From the NCBI GenBank assembly GCA_030624785.1, contig JAUXJK010000001.1, positions 1 to 33,198 of the forward strand: 33,198 nucleotides of DNA. Reading direction: 5' to 3'. Under the pieces are notes generated by a model. It did not search any database. It had not been told where the DNA came from and was given only the letters and a program-made list of their open reading frames with translations. Below are positions 1-10,646 of the stretch, in pieces. The stretch comes from Actinomycetes bacterium (lineage in GTDB: Bacteria; Actinomycetota; Thermoleophilia; Gaiellales; Gaiellaceae). Every line of letters begins with the position of its first letter. Position 1 is the stretch's first letter. The position numbers were made by a program, and so were the translations under genes.

Positions 1-137
1 AAACTGCGTCCCGCCATTGGGCGAGTCTACGCTCAGCGCACATCGCTCAAGACGCACTGGTTGTCACCCCCGCCCGCGAGGTCACGGGTATCGCTCGACG
101 TGGAATAGTCTCGCGAGGCCCAGCGTTGAAGCAGTGA

Positions 138-404
138 ATGCCGGAAATCAAGATGTATACGACCGTCTGGTGCGGCTACTGCCGAGCTGCCAAGCAACTC
201 TTGGAGCGGCAGAGCCTGTCCTACGAGGAGATATCTGTCGATGACGATCCGGACTTCCGGCGGCGCATGCAGGAACTGTCGGGACGCCACACGGTGCCGC
301 AGATCTTCATCGATGGCGAATCAGTCGGCGGATATCAGGAGCTGGCGCGCCTGATCGGCGACTGTGGTCTTGCCGCGGCTGATGCAACGCCGACGAGCGT
401 CTAG
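138..404 (+). CDS. Glutaredoxin-family thiol-disulfide oxidoreductase (CGYC active site)
   Basis: 88-aa ORF. It has the YTTVWCGYCRAAK CxxC motif and the TVPQIFIDGESVGGY motif typical of the glutaredoxin fold. Its length and N-terminus align with Grx3-type proteins. ATG at 138 (alternative ATG at 153). Confidence 0.85.
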   Translation: MPEIKMYTTVWCGYCRAAKQLLERQSLSYEEISVDDDPDFRRRMQELSGRHTVPQIFIDGESVGGYQELARLIGDCGLAAADATPTSV

Positions 405-1336
405 AGCGAGGCTACGGCCGGACACCCGGGCAAGGAACTGGCCTGGCGAACGCCGTCTCGGATGGCCTGGCTAGCCGTATCGGCCGCCACAGCCGCCACG
501 ACGAACGGCTCGACCTCTTGGCGCCCGCTCGCCAGACAAAAGACCATGTCTCCGTCGACTGCTGTCGCCACGGGTGCGACGGCGCGAGCCGTACCCGCGC
601 TGGCGGCCCGCGCTACGAGCCATGCGTCGCGCTTGTCGAGCGCCGCATCCGTGAGAACACAGACGAGCGTCGTGGCCTCGCGAATCGCGCGTCTGAAAGG
701 GGCTCCGGACTGAAGCAGCTTCACCGTGCCTGCGAAGCTGCCGTCCTTCCTGACTCCGGCGATAATCTCGCCTGTTTCACCGAGCACGTCGCCAAAAGCG
801 TTGACGGCCGCGATCGCCTGCACTCGAGCGCCCGATTCGAGCTGGGTCTCGGCGAATCCGAGCCCACCACGGCACCAGCCGTCTTCTCCGAGCAGCTTGC
901 CGACTGTGCAACCGGCGCCGACCCCAACGGATCCACGAACGACTGCACCCGTACCTGCCAAGCACGCTGAGTAGCCATCCTTGGGGCCGGGTCGCGCATC
1001 GGGGCTGCCGAGCACGAGGTCATAGACGACTGCTGAGGCCACGAGTGGTACGAGACCACCAGCCGTTTCGTATCCTCGGTCACGCTCGAGCAGCCAGTTG
1101 ACTACGCCGTCCGCGGCCGCGAGCCCGTGCGCGCTCCCTCCGGTCAGCAAGACAGCGTCGACACCATCGACGGCCGCCGACGGTTGCAATAGTTCGCTCT
1201 CACGTGTTCCCGGCCCGCCTCCACGGACCTCGCCTGCTGCCACCGAGTTCTTGGGAGGCAGGATCACAGAACATCCTGTGCGGCCACTCTCGTGCGTCCA
1301 GTGGCCGAGCGCAAAACCATCGATCAGTTCAGTCAC
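401..1336 (-). CDS. Peptidase family S58/P1 (DmpA/BapA-like L-aminopeptidase, Ntn hydrolase)
   Basis: 311-aa ORF with a GTG start 4 nt after the mutM stop. Motifs GRTGCSVIL, EVRGGGPGTRE, LLTGGSAHGL and EATTLVCVLTDA resemble the DmpA/P1 aminopeptidase family. Confidence 0.8.
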   Translation of the reverse strand: MTELIDGFALGHWTHESGRTGCSVILPPKNSVAAGEVRGGGPGTRESELLQPSAAVDGVDAVLLTGGSAHGLAAADGVVNWLLERDRGYETAGGLVPLVASAVVYDLVLGSPDARPGPKDGYSACLAGTGAVVRGSVGVGAGCTVGKLLGEDGWCRGGLGFAETQLESGARVQAIAAVNAFGDVLGETGEIIAGVRKDGSFAGTVKLLQSGAPFRRAIREATTLVCVLTDAALDKRDAWLVARAASAGTARAVAPVATAVDGDMVFCLASGRQEVEPFVVAAVAADTASQAIRDGVRQASSLPGCPAVASL

Positions 1337-1340
1337 GTGG

Positions 1341-2177
1341 TTAGCTTCTCACGGAAGTCGGTTGGCATGACGGGCAAAACCACGTTCCGCGGCCCGCGAC
1401 TCGGATCTTCGTCACGAGACCGCTACAACGGTTGCACGGCTCTCCTTCACGTCCGTAGACCGCGAACTCGTCCTGCATCGCCCCGCTCGCCCCGTCTGGT
1501 GCGCGATAGTCGCGAAGAGTCGCACCCTGCCGCTCTATGCCCTTGGTAAGCGCTCCGCGAACGGCCGCAACCAGGGCGACGATCTCGCTGTCGTCGAGCG
1601 ATCCGGCGGCTCGAGCGGGATGCACGCCGGCTTGCCATAGCGCTTCGTCGGCATAGATGTTCCCAACGCCCGCGGCCGTCGTTTGATCGAGCAGTGCCGC
1701 CTTGACTCTTGCGCCGGAACGAGCGAATCGCACGCTCAACCACGCCTGATCGAAAGCGTCGCTGAGAGGCTCTGGACCGAGGTGCGTCGTGAAAATATAG
1801 TCCAACTCTTGATCAGTCAGAACTGCCCACGTACCGAAACGTCTGACGTCCCGGTACCCGACGCCAGCTCCGTCGTCGAGTTGAACGACCGCTCTCAGAT
1901 GTCTCGAGTCGTCGAACGTTCCAGTGCTCGTCGTCAAGAAGGCACCGGTCATGCGCAGGTGTGCCAGCCAGTTCACTCCGTCGAGGTCGAATACGAGGTA
2001 CTTTCCGCGTCGATTGACCGAGCCGACGGTACAACCGGTGAGCGCCGCCTCGACGGCGTGCGGGTCGAGAGGGCGGGTGAGTCGACTATCCCTGATCGAG
2101 ACCGAGGCAAGCCGGCGGCCCACCATGAGCGGTTCGAGCTGACGACGAACCGTCTCGACCTCCGGGAGTTCCGGCAT
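1341..2177 (-). CDS. mutM: Formamidopyrimidine-DNA glycosylase
   Basis: N-terminus MPELPEVETVRRQL (catalytic Pro2/Glu3). H2TH region present. C-terminal zinc finger CNRCSG...FCPSCQ. 278 aa. Confidence 0.95.
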   Translation of the reverse strand: MPELPEVETVRRQLEPLMVGRRLASVSIRDSRLTRPLDPHAVEAALTGCTVGSVNRRGKYLVFDLDGVNWLAHLRMTGAFLTTSTGTFDDSRHLRAVVQLDDGAGVGYRDVRRFGTWAVLTDQELDYIFTTHLGPEPLSDAFDQAWLSVRFARSGARVKAALLDQTTAAGVGNIYADEALWQAGVHPARAAGSLDDSEIVALVAAVRGALTKGIERQGATLRDYRAPDGASGAMQDEFAVYGREGEPCNRCSGLVTKIRVAGRGTWFCPSCQPTSVRS

Positions 2178-2178
2178 G

Positions 2179-3471
2179 TCAAGTCAGAAATTCGAGCACA
2201 AGCGGTGAGGCGGGTGGCGCTTCCTCGCCAAGCGTGTAGGCGTTCTGGACGGCCGCAACGCCTTGATCGGCCTCATCCGCGCTACGGGCGTGCACCACGG
2301 CGATCACCGATCCAGCTTCTATCGAGTCACCCCGCTTGCTGCAGCACACGACACCAGTGCTGTGATCAATCGCATCCTGCTTGCGCGCTCGCCCAGCGCC
2401 TAGCTGAACCGTCGCGATGCCGATCGCCAGGGCATCGACTTCGGTTACGTAGCCCGAGCGCTCGGCAATGACCTCACGAATAACGGCAGCTCGTGGAAGC
2501 AGATTTCGATCCGGATCACCGCCCTGGGCCACGATCCACTCTTCGTAGACCACATAGGCGCGACCCGATGCGATCGCACCTCTCGCGCGCGCCTCGGATT
2601 CAACCTCATCGATCCCGAGATCCGACATCGCGAGGAGATGCTTCGCCGACGACACAACGAGCTCCGCGAAGTCGGCGGGCCCGTTCCCCTGCAGCGTGTC
2701 GATCGCCTCGTTGATCTCGAGCGCGTTGCCGACCGCGCAACCGAGCGGCTGGCCCATGTCAGTTAGCTCGCACTTGACCTGACGATTGGCGCCGACCCCG
2801 AGCGCGATCATCGCGAGGGCTAGCTCGCGGGCGTCATCAAGAGTTCGCATGAACGCACCGGCGCCAACCTTGACGTCGAGCAGAATCGCCGACGCTCCGG
2901 CCGCAATCTTCTTCGACATGATGCTGGCGGCGATCAGCGAGATCTGATCGACGGTTGCGGTCACGTCACGCAACGCGTACAGCCGGGCATCGGCTGGCAC
3001 GAGCTCCGGCGTTTGGCTGACGATCGCCATGCCCACGTCCGTAACCTGGCTCACGAACTCATCCTCACTAAGCGCAATACGGAACCCTGGAATGGCCTCG
3101 AGCTTGTCGAGAGTGCCGCCCGTATGACCCAAGCCTCGGCCGCTCATCTTTGCGAACGGAACACCGCAGGCCGCGACGATGGGCCCCAACGCTATCGACG
3201 TCTTGTCACCGACCCCGCCGGTCGAGTGCTTGTCGACTGCCGGTCGGCCGAGTGCGGCGAGATCGATCGTGGCGCCACTGTCGACCATCGCCTCGGTTAG
3301 AGCTACCGTCTCCGCGCTTGTCATTCCTCGGAAGAACGTGGCCATCAGAAACGCTGACATCTGATAGTCCGGTATCTCATCGCGAGAGTAGGCGAGGATC
3401 AGCTCGCGCAGAACGTCGGCAGCAAGCTCGCCTCCGTCACGCTTCTGTTGAATGGCGTCAACGGCTCTCAT
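2179..3471 (-). CDS. pdp: Pyrimidine-nucleoside (thymidine) phosphorylase
   Basis: Motifs HSTGGVGDK and SGRGLGHTGGTLDKLE. The homolog N-terminus MRAVDAIQQKRDG begins at the internal ATG 3471. The track ORF (to 3558) would overlap deoB by 77 nt, so it was trimmed to 430 aa, 10 nt after the deoB stop. Confidence 0.92.
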   Translation of the reverse strand: MRAVDAIQQKRDGGELAADVLRELILAYSRDEIPDYQMSAFLMATFFRGMTSAETVALTEAMVDSGATIDLAALGRPAVDKHSTGGVGDKTSIALGPIVAACGVPFAKMSGRGLGHTGGTLDKLEAIPGFRIALSEDEFVSQVTDVGMAIVSQTPELVPADARLYALRDVTATVDQISLIAASIMSKKIAAGASAILLDVKVGAGAFMRTLDDARELALAMIALGVGANRQVKCELTDMGQPLGCAVGNALEINEAIDTLQGNGPADFAELVVSSAKHLLAMSDLGIDEVESEARARGAIASGRAYVVYEEWIVAQGGDPDRNLLPRAAVIREVIAERSGYVTEVDALAIGIATVQLGAGRARKQDAIDHSTGVVCCSKRGDSIEAGSVIAVVHARSADEADQGVAAVQNAYTLGEEAPPASPLVLEFLT

Positions 3472-3481
3472 CGATGTCTTC

Positions 3482-4648
3482 TCAGGGCTTGACGATTGGC
3501 GTGCCGCTGACTCCACGAGCCGGCACTCGCCCGTCAAACCATGCGTTGACCGTCGCACCTACGTCACCGAACTCCCCGTCGTGACGTGCGCCGTTGGCGT
3601 TCCGACCTTCGACGTAGGCCAACAACAGTCCGTACTCGCGCGAGTGATCAGTTGAAGGCGTGGTCGGGTCGACACCGTGGTCGGACGTAAGGATCAGGAG
3701 ATCGTCAGGGCGTAGCGCGCCAAGGATCTCGAATAGTCGTCGGTCGAAGTCCTGCAGGCACCGGTGAAAGTTGACCGGATCGTTGCGGTGGCCCCACAAC
3801 ATGTCCGTTTCTACAAGATTCGTGAATATGAAGCCGTCATCGAGCTGCTCGAGCAGCTCAACTGTCTTCGCGATCCCCTCGCTGTTGGACTTCGTTGGGT
3901 GAGAATGCGTGACATCTTCCCCCGCGAAGATGTCGGAAATTTTTCCGACCCCGTGAATGTCGACGCCTGTCTCGACAAGCACGGACAGCCAGTTGGGCCT
4001 CTTCGGCTTGAGCGCCCAGTCCTTGCGATCTGCGGTGCGTGAGTAGCTTCCCGGCTCGCCTTCAAACGGCCGAGCGATGATTCTGCCAACGGCGTGAGGG
4101 CCGCTCAGAATGTCTCGCGCAAGTCCGCACGCCGAATGCAACTCCTCCAGCGGGATCGTCTCAACATGAGCCGCAACCTGAAAGACGGAGTCGGCCGATG
4201 TGTAAACGATCCACTTGCCTGTCGACTGATGTTCCTCACCGAGTTCCTGAATGATGTCCGTGCCCGACGCCGGCACATTGCCGATTACGCCTCTCCCCGT
4301 CTTGTGGCCGAAGTCCTCAACGATTGTGAAGGGGAAGCCATGTGCGTAGGTCGGTGGAGCCTGTTTGGAGACGAGCCCGACCATCTCCCAGTGGCCCGAC
4401 ATGGTGTCCTTGCCTTTCGATCGTTCCAGTAGTCGCCCTGAGATGGCGGGCGCGCCTGCCTGAGGCGGGCACCCTTCGATCTCGACGATGTTCCCTAGCC
4501 CGAGAGCTTCGAGATTCGGGAGATCGAGACCCCCAACTGCGTTCGCGACATTTCCAAGCGTGTTCGATCCCTCGTCGCCGTACTCCGACGCATCTGGGAG
4601 CTCGCCGGCGCCGACGCCGTCGAGAACGATGACACAGGCTCTTGGCAC
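3482..4648 (-). CDS. deoB: Phosphopentomutase
   Basis: N-terminal VIVLDGVGAGELPDA..YGDEGSNTLGN and TSDHGVDPT motifs of the alkaline-phosphatase-superfamily phosphopentomutase. 388 aa, GTG start. Confidence 0.95.
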   Translation of the reverse strand: MPRACVIVLDGVGAGELPDASEYGDEGSNTLGNVANAVGGLDLPNLEALGLGNIVEIEGCPPQAGAPAISGRLLERSKGKDTMSGHWEMVGLVSKQAPPTYAHGFPFTIVEDFGHKTGRGVIGNVPASGTDIIQELGEEHQSTGKWIVYTSADSVFQVAAHVETIPLEELHSACGLARDILSGPHAVGRIIARPFEGEPGSYSRTADRKDWALKPKRPNWLSVLVETGVDIHGVGKISDIFAGEDVTHSHPTKSNSEGIAKTVELLEQLDDGFIFTNLVETDMLWGHRNDPVNFHRCLQDFDRRLFEILGALRPDDLLILTSDHGVDPTTPSTDHSREYGLLLAYVEGRNANGARHDGEFGDVGATVNAWFDGRVPARGVSGTPIVKP

Positions 4649-4654
4649 GACGCT

Positions 4655-4660
4655 ATTCTA
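4655..4660 (-). promoter_or_regulatory. Candidate -10 hexamer TAGAAT, 6 nt upstream of the deoB GTG (leaderless-type promoter)
   Basis: The minus strand reads CTAGAAT-AGCGTC-GTG. There is no Shine-Dalgarno sequence. The same 7-mer CTAGAAT recurs at alaS and the DUF948 gene. Confidence 0.45.
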
Positions 4661-4668
4661 GGGAGTCG

Positions 4669-4818
4669 ATGGACACCTTCATTGGTCTTCTGGAGATCAC
4701 GGCCTGGATCATCGCCGTCACGGCGCTCGCAGCGCTGCTGACGTTGGCGATGATCAAGATCACGCCTGATCGTTCAAAGAAGAAAGATGAAGCAGCCGAC
4801 GACGCGGCTGAGTCCTAG
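4669..4818 (+). CDS. Small hypothetical membrane protein (49 aa, below the ORF-track cutoff)
   Basis: My translation: MDTFIGLLEITAWIIAVTALAALLTLAMIKITPDRSKKKDEAADDAAES. It has one clear hydrophobic helix followed by a Lys-rich then acidic tail. Third-codon-position GC is about 73% by hand count. GGGAG lies at 4661-4665 and a plus-strand TATTCT at 4654-4659. Confidence 0.45.
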   Translation: MDTFIGLLEITAWIIAVTALAALLTLAMIKITPDRSKKKDEAADDAAES

Positions 4819-4841
4819 GAACTCGCAGACCTTTTCGAGCG

Positions 4842-5957
4842 CTAAAGGCCTAACGCGACGGCCGGCAATGCCGTCTCGAGCTCATGGGCCTCTCCCACGG
4901 CGTCGTGCGTCACGACGCCGTGGGCAACGTTCACACCTCGCAGAAGCGCTGCATCGCGTCGAAGCGCGTCGGCGAGTCCGTCTCGGGCAATTCTCTCAAC
5001 GTAGGGCAGCGTCACATTGACAAGCCCTTTGGTGGACGTGATCGGAACCGCTCCCGGCATGTTCGCCACGCAGTAGTGGACGATGCCATCGACAGTGAAA
5101 ATGGGATCTGAATGTGTCGTTGGTCGCGAGGTCTCGAAGGAGCCTCCCTGGTCGATTGCAACGTCAACGATCACGGAGCCCTCATTCATCAGCCCGAGCA
5201 TCTCGCGCGTCACAAGATTCGGGGCACGGGCGCCAGGAATCAACACTGCGCCAATGACCAGGTCGGCCTCGGCTATTGCCTCTTCCACCTGTTGCCGATT
5301 CGACATGGCGAGTGTGACACGCCCGTTGAGCTGCGTTTCGAGCTCACGCATGCGCTCAACCGAACGCTCGAGGACGAGAACGTCGGCGTGCATGCCAAGC
5401 GCGATCAGCGCGGCATTGCTGCCGACACTGCCACCGCCGATGACCACGACACGAGCCGGAAGCACGCCGGGAATACCACCCATGAGCACACCGCGCCCGC
5501 CCTGGTGCGTCTCGAGAGCCCACGCGCCCATCTGAGGAGCGAGCCGACCTGCAACTTCGCTCATGGGTGCCAGGAGCGGCAACGCACCACTCTCGAGTTG
5601 AACCGTCTCGTAGGCGATGCAGACGGCTCCGCTTTCGATCAAGGCGAGCGTCAGGTCTCGGTTGGCAGCAAGGTGGAGGTATGTGAAGAGCACCTGGCCT
5701 TTCCGGATTTGCGGGTACTCCTCGCGAAGCGGTTCCTTCACCTTGAGGATGAGCTCTGCCTGTTCCCAAACCTCACCGACAGTGCCTATCGACGCGCCCG
5801 CCGCCGAATACTGGTCGTCCGGACAAGCGCTGCCTAGACCAGCTCCTGCCTCGACGATCACAGAGTGACCGCCTCCAGTGAGCTCGCGCACCGCGGCGGG
5901 TGTCAGGCCGACCCGGTATTCGTCCGACTTCAGCTCAGTTGGTACGCCAATGCGCAC
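4842..5957 (-). CDS. ald: Alanine dehydrogenase
   Basis: MRIGVPTELKSDEYRVGLTPAAV N-terminus. Rossmann motif VVVIGGGSVGSNAA. 371 aa. GTG start preceded by GAGGTAAGAACA (Shine-Dalgarno). Confidence 0.95.
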   Translation of the reverse strand: MRIGVPTELKSDEYRVGLTPAAVRELTGGGHSVIVEAGAGLGSACPDDQYSAAGASIGTVGEVWEQAELILKVKEPLREEYPQIRKGQVLFTYLHLAANRDLTLALIESGAVCIAYETVQLESGALPLLAPMSEVAGRLAPQMGAWALETHQGGRGVLMGGIPGVLPARVVVIGGGSVGSNAALIALGMHADVLVLERSVERMRELETQLNGRVTLAMSNRQQVEEAIAEADLVIGAVLIPGARAPNLVTREMLGLMNEGSVIVDVAIDQGGSFETSRPTTHSDPIFTVDGIVHYCVANMPGAVPITSTKGLVNVTLPYVERIARDGLADALRRDAALLRGVNVAHGVVTHDAVGEAHELETALPAVALGL

Positions 5958-5995
5958 TGTTCTTACCTCGCACCGCTCGCCAGGGTCACGTCCAG

Positions 5996-7123
5996 CTACA
6001 GCTCACGAGCGCGATCAACGAGTGCGAGTGTCACGTCTCGCATCCCCTCGATGTCCGCTATCGAGATCTCCTCGTCGGGCGAGTGAATCTTCGCCATGCC
6101 ATTGGCCAGGTTCAGACATGGAACCCCGACGGCGTTGAAGACGTTTGCGTCTGCGCCGCCGCCACAGTCGACAAGTTGTGGTTCAAACCCCGCGGCACGC
6201 AAGGCGTGTTCGCCGTGCGCCACAAGTTGATCGTCGGGCGAGAAGCTATATCCGCTGTACTTGTTCCCGAGTGAGATCTCAACTTCGCACTCCGCGAGCG
6301 ACGCCGCGAAGCCGATGGAGTCGACCATCTCCCCCACCAGGTCGGTCAAGGTCTTCTCGTTCAGGGAGCGGGCCTCTGCAGCTAGCTCGCACCTGTCTGG
6401 CACGATGTTGCGCCCTGTTCCACCGGATATGAGACCCACGTTGGACGTCGTTTCGTCGTCGATGCGGCCAAGGCGCAACTCTGCGATCGCCTTGGCAGCT
6501 GCTGCGATAGCCGAGCGTCCCTCCTCGGGTGCAATCCCGGCATGAGCCTTACGACCCTGGAACACCGCATCGATCGTGCCCTGATAGGGCGCTCTCTGCA
6601 CGATGTCGCCAATGGGCGCCGCGTGGTCGAACACGAACCCGCGCTTTGCGACTAACGCCGACGTATCGAACGCCTTGGCCCCATCGCAGCCCGTCTCCTC
6701 CTGCGGAGTGAAGAGAAGTTCCACTCCAGCGTGAGGTCGACCCTCCGCCAGGATAATGCGCAGCGCATCGAGCATCACGACGACCGCAGCTTTGTTGTCA
6801 GCGCCCAAAATTGTGGGCGCTTCGTTGCGTACGACCCCGTCCTCGATCACGGGTCGAATCTCGTCCTCGGGTTGGACGGTGTCGAGGTGAGAGCATAGGA
6901 AGATCGGCTCACCGGAGTCGACGGTCGGCTCCACCCGTAGGAGGATGTTGCCCGTGTCTCCGCCGATCCGAGAACCGGCGTCGTCTTCGACGGCCTCGAG
7001 GCCTAGGCCATCCGCATACGCGAGCACTCGATCCGCCACCTGGCGCTCGTGGCCAGATGGGCTGGCGATCGAACACAGATCCACAAACAGCGGCAGAAGA
7101 TCTGGAAGCCCGTTTGCAGCCAT
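5996..7123 (-). CDS. M20-family metallopeptidase (peptidase T-like tripeptidase)
   Basis: Motifs CSHLDTV, GADNKAAV and PQEETG. Dimerisation-domain-sized insert present. 375 aa. The ATG is preceded by AAGG. Confidence 0.85.
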   Translation of the reverse strand: MAANGLPDLLPLFVDLCSIASPSGHERQVADRVLAYADGLGLEAVEDDAGSRIGGDTGNILLRVEPTVDSGEPIFLCSHLDTVQPEDEIRPVIEDGVVRNEAPTILGADNKAAVVVMLDALRIILAEGRPHAGVELLFTPQEETGCDGAKAFDTSALVAKRGFVFDHAAPIGDIVQRAPYQGTIDAVFQGRKAHAGIAPEEGRSAIAAAAKAIAELRLGRIDDETTSNVGLISGGTGRNIVPDRCELAAEARSLNEKTLTDLVGEMVDSIGFAASLAECEVEISLGNKYSGYSFSPDDQLVAHGEHALRAAGFEPQLVDCGGGADANVFNAVGVPCLNLANGMAKIHSPDEEISIADIEGMRDVTLALVDRAREL

Positions 7124-7144
7124 GGGTTCAGCCTTGGAGCGAGA

Positions 7145-8842
<1,698 letters not shown>

Positions 8843-8966
8843 TCAACCACGGGATCAAAGGCTACCATCGCCGAGTCTGGGTTGGTTGTCGCCAGCATGC
8901 GCCCGCGGCAGCTTAGGTGAGGGCGTGGATGTTGCGGCCTCCACGGGTCGCGAATCGGGTTGACGT

Positions 8967-10646
8967 CTATCCCGATGCGGCGGTAGTCGCGGTAGCGGTG
9001 AGTGATTCGACGAACTCGGCTCCGCCAAGCATGCGCTCGAGCTCGACGCGGCGGCCTTCCTCGTCAAGGACATCGATTCGGGTTTGCTCTGGATCGCCGC
9101 CGACCTTGCTGACGCAAAGGTGCGTCGCAGCGACGCTCGCGATCTGAGGTAGATGCGTGATGGCAATAACCTGGGTGCTTGCCGCGAGGTTGCCCAGAGA
9201 GTTCGCGACGGCGTGCGCGGTTGTGCCACCAACGCCGGCGTCGATCTCGTCGAACACGATCGTGTCCTCACCGCCTTGCTCGTGCGCAACGGTTCGGAGC
9301 GCCAGAGCGATTCTCGAGAGCTCGCCGCCCGAGGCCGCCGTCGCGACGCTCGCGAGCGGCATGCCTTTGTTCGTTCGAATAAGGAACGACACATCGTCAA
9401 TGCCGCTCGGCCCCGGATCACGAGGCGTCAATTCGACGACCAGCTCGCCGCTCCCGAGCCCGAGCGGCTTCAGGAGCGCCTTCGCGGCCTTCGCGTAGGG
9501 TTTCGCAGCCTCCTCCCGAGCGTGGCGCAGCTCTGCAGCCAGCGTCTCGTAGGTCGACTCTGCCTCGTGGAGTCTCGTTTCGGCTCTTTCAAGTGGATCG
9601 CCGACGGCATCGGCCTCGAGCTCCTCGCGAGCCGCATTGGCACGAGCCAGCAGCTCCTGGACACTCCCGACGCGGAAGCGTCTCTTCGCGTCGGCGATAC
9701 GTTGCAGGTCAGCTCCAAGTTGCTCGAGCCGCATCGGATCAGAGGTCTCGCTCGCCAGGAATCTGCGAAGGACTTGACCGATCTCGCTCACAGCGATCTC
9801 CGCCGCTCTGAGTTCCTCTCTGGCAGCGTCCAGCTCGGGAACGACGCCGGCGACGTCGGCGAGCGCGCTTTCTGCTCGCACGAGCGCGGTGCTCGCGCCA
9901 GCGCCACTGCTCGCGTTGCCGTCGCCCTCCGGTGCGAGCAAATCAGCGGCGTCGGCGGCCGCCTGAACCAGCTCCGTCGCGCGCTGCACTCGCTCCTGCT
10001 CAGCAACAAGCTGGTTTTCGGTCCCTTCTTCCAGGCCGTCAGCGGCAGCGACCAACTCATTGAATTCTCGTGTACGAGCCTCGCGATCCTCGGCCGAGCC
10101 CATCGCGTGCTCGTACGCCTTCGTTGCGTCCCGTAGCCCTCGCCACGCATCGACCGTCGCCGAGAGCCTCTGCTGCTGGTCTTCGCCGGCAAAGGCGTCG
10201 AGTAGCGCGAGCCGATGGCTTCCGCGAGCCAGCCGTCGTTGCTCGAACTGTCCAGACATGGCAACCACTCGCTCCACGAGGGACGCGACCTCTGCTCTGG
10301 GCACGGCGCGCCCCCAGGCGTAGGCTCGACTTCGTCCGTCTTTAAAAACGCGCCGGGAGACGATGACCGCGGGCTCTCCCTCCGGCCTGAATCCAGCTAT
10401 CGCCGAAAACTCGTCTTTACGGAGGACTGATTCAGGCACATCGAGAGTCGCCTCCACATACGCCTCTGACCCAGCAGGGCCCACGAGGCCGGCCTCGCCA
10501 CGTGCACCGAGTAGCAACCCGATCGCCTGAGTGAAGATGGTTTTGCCAGCCCCTGTCTCGCCCGTAACGGCGATCAGGCCGGCCGGCAGCTCGAGCTCGG
10601 CCTCGCGGATCAGGACAAGATTCTCGACTCTAAGACGAGACAGCAC
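8967..10646 (-). CDS. recN: DNA repair protein RecN
   Basis: Walker A GETGAGKTI, signature SGGELSRIALAL and Walker B IVFDEIDAGVGG. Homolog N-termini match VLSRLRVENLVLI, which begins at the internal GTG 10646. The track ORF upstream of this (to 10856) overlaps nadK and looks non-coding. Confidence 0.92.
   Translation of the reverse strand: MLSRLRVENLVLIREAELELPAGLIAVTGETGAGKTIFTQAIGLLLGARGEAGLVGPAGSEAYVEATLDVPESVLRKDEFSAIAGFRPEGEPAVIVSRRVFKDGRSRAYAWGRAVPRAEVASLVERVVAMSGQFEQRRLARGSHRLALLDAFAGEDQQQRLSATVDAWRGLRDATKAYEHAMGSAEDREARTREFNELVAAADGLEEGTENQLVAEQERVQRATELVQAAADAADLLAPEGDGNASSGAGASTALVRAESALADVAGVVPELDAAREELRAAEIAVSEIGQVLRRFLASETSDPMRLEQLGADLQRIADAKRRFRVGSVQELLARANAAREELEADAVGDPLERAETRLHEAESTYETLAAELRHAREEAAKPYAKAAKALLKPLGLGSGELVVELTPRDPGPSGIDDVSFLIRTNKGMPLASVATAASGGELSRIALALRTVAHEQGGEDTIVFDEIDAGVGGTTAHAVANSLGNLAASTQVIAITHLPQIASVAATHLCVSKVGGDPEQTRIDVLDEEGRRVELERMLGGAEFVESLTATATTAASG

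Noticed and set aside
1-108. Plus-strand frame 1 is open from the window edge to a TAG at 106-108 (...KTHWLSPPPARSRVSLDVE*). I considered it as the 3' end of an upstream gene. ORFs 17..244(+) and 33..290(-) were also noted.
   Set aside because: Thirty-five codons with no recognisable motif cannot be supported as a feature. The two listed ORFs overlap the glutaredoxin gene out of frame and look spurious.
8855-9421. A 188-aa minus-strand ORF spanning the recN 3' end and part of the recN-pyrG spacer. Also the overlapping ORF 8460..8858 across the pyrG start.
   Set aside because: Both are out of frame with, and overlap, the strongly supported recN and pyrG genes. Their composition is Arg/Ser-rich and they contain no motifs.
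9153-10136. Long antisense ORFs opposite well-supported genes. Examples: 9153..10136 (327 aa, opposite recN), 26294..27301 (335 aa, opposite alaS), 30832..31902 (356 aa, opposite aspS), 28706..29608 (300 aa, opposite mnmA), 1683..2471, 5112..5837, 12116..12865, 21984..22679, 23000..23584 and 14033..14677.
   Set aside because: Their translations are Arg/Ser/Pro/Ala-rich and low in complexity, with no recognisable motifs. Each lies entirely within a gene whose product is clearly homologous to a known family. Stop-codon-poor antisense frames are expected in high-GC DNA.
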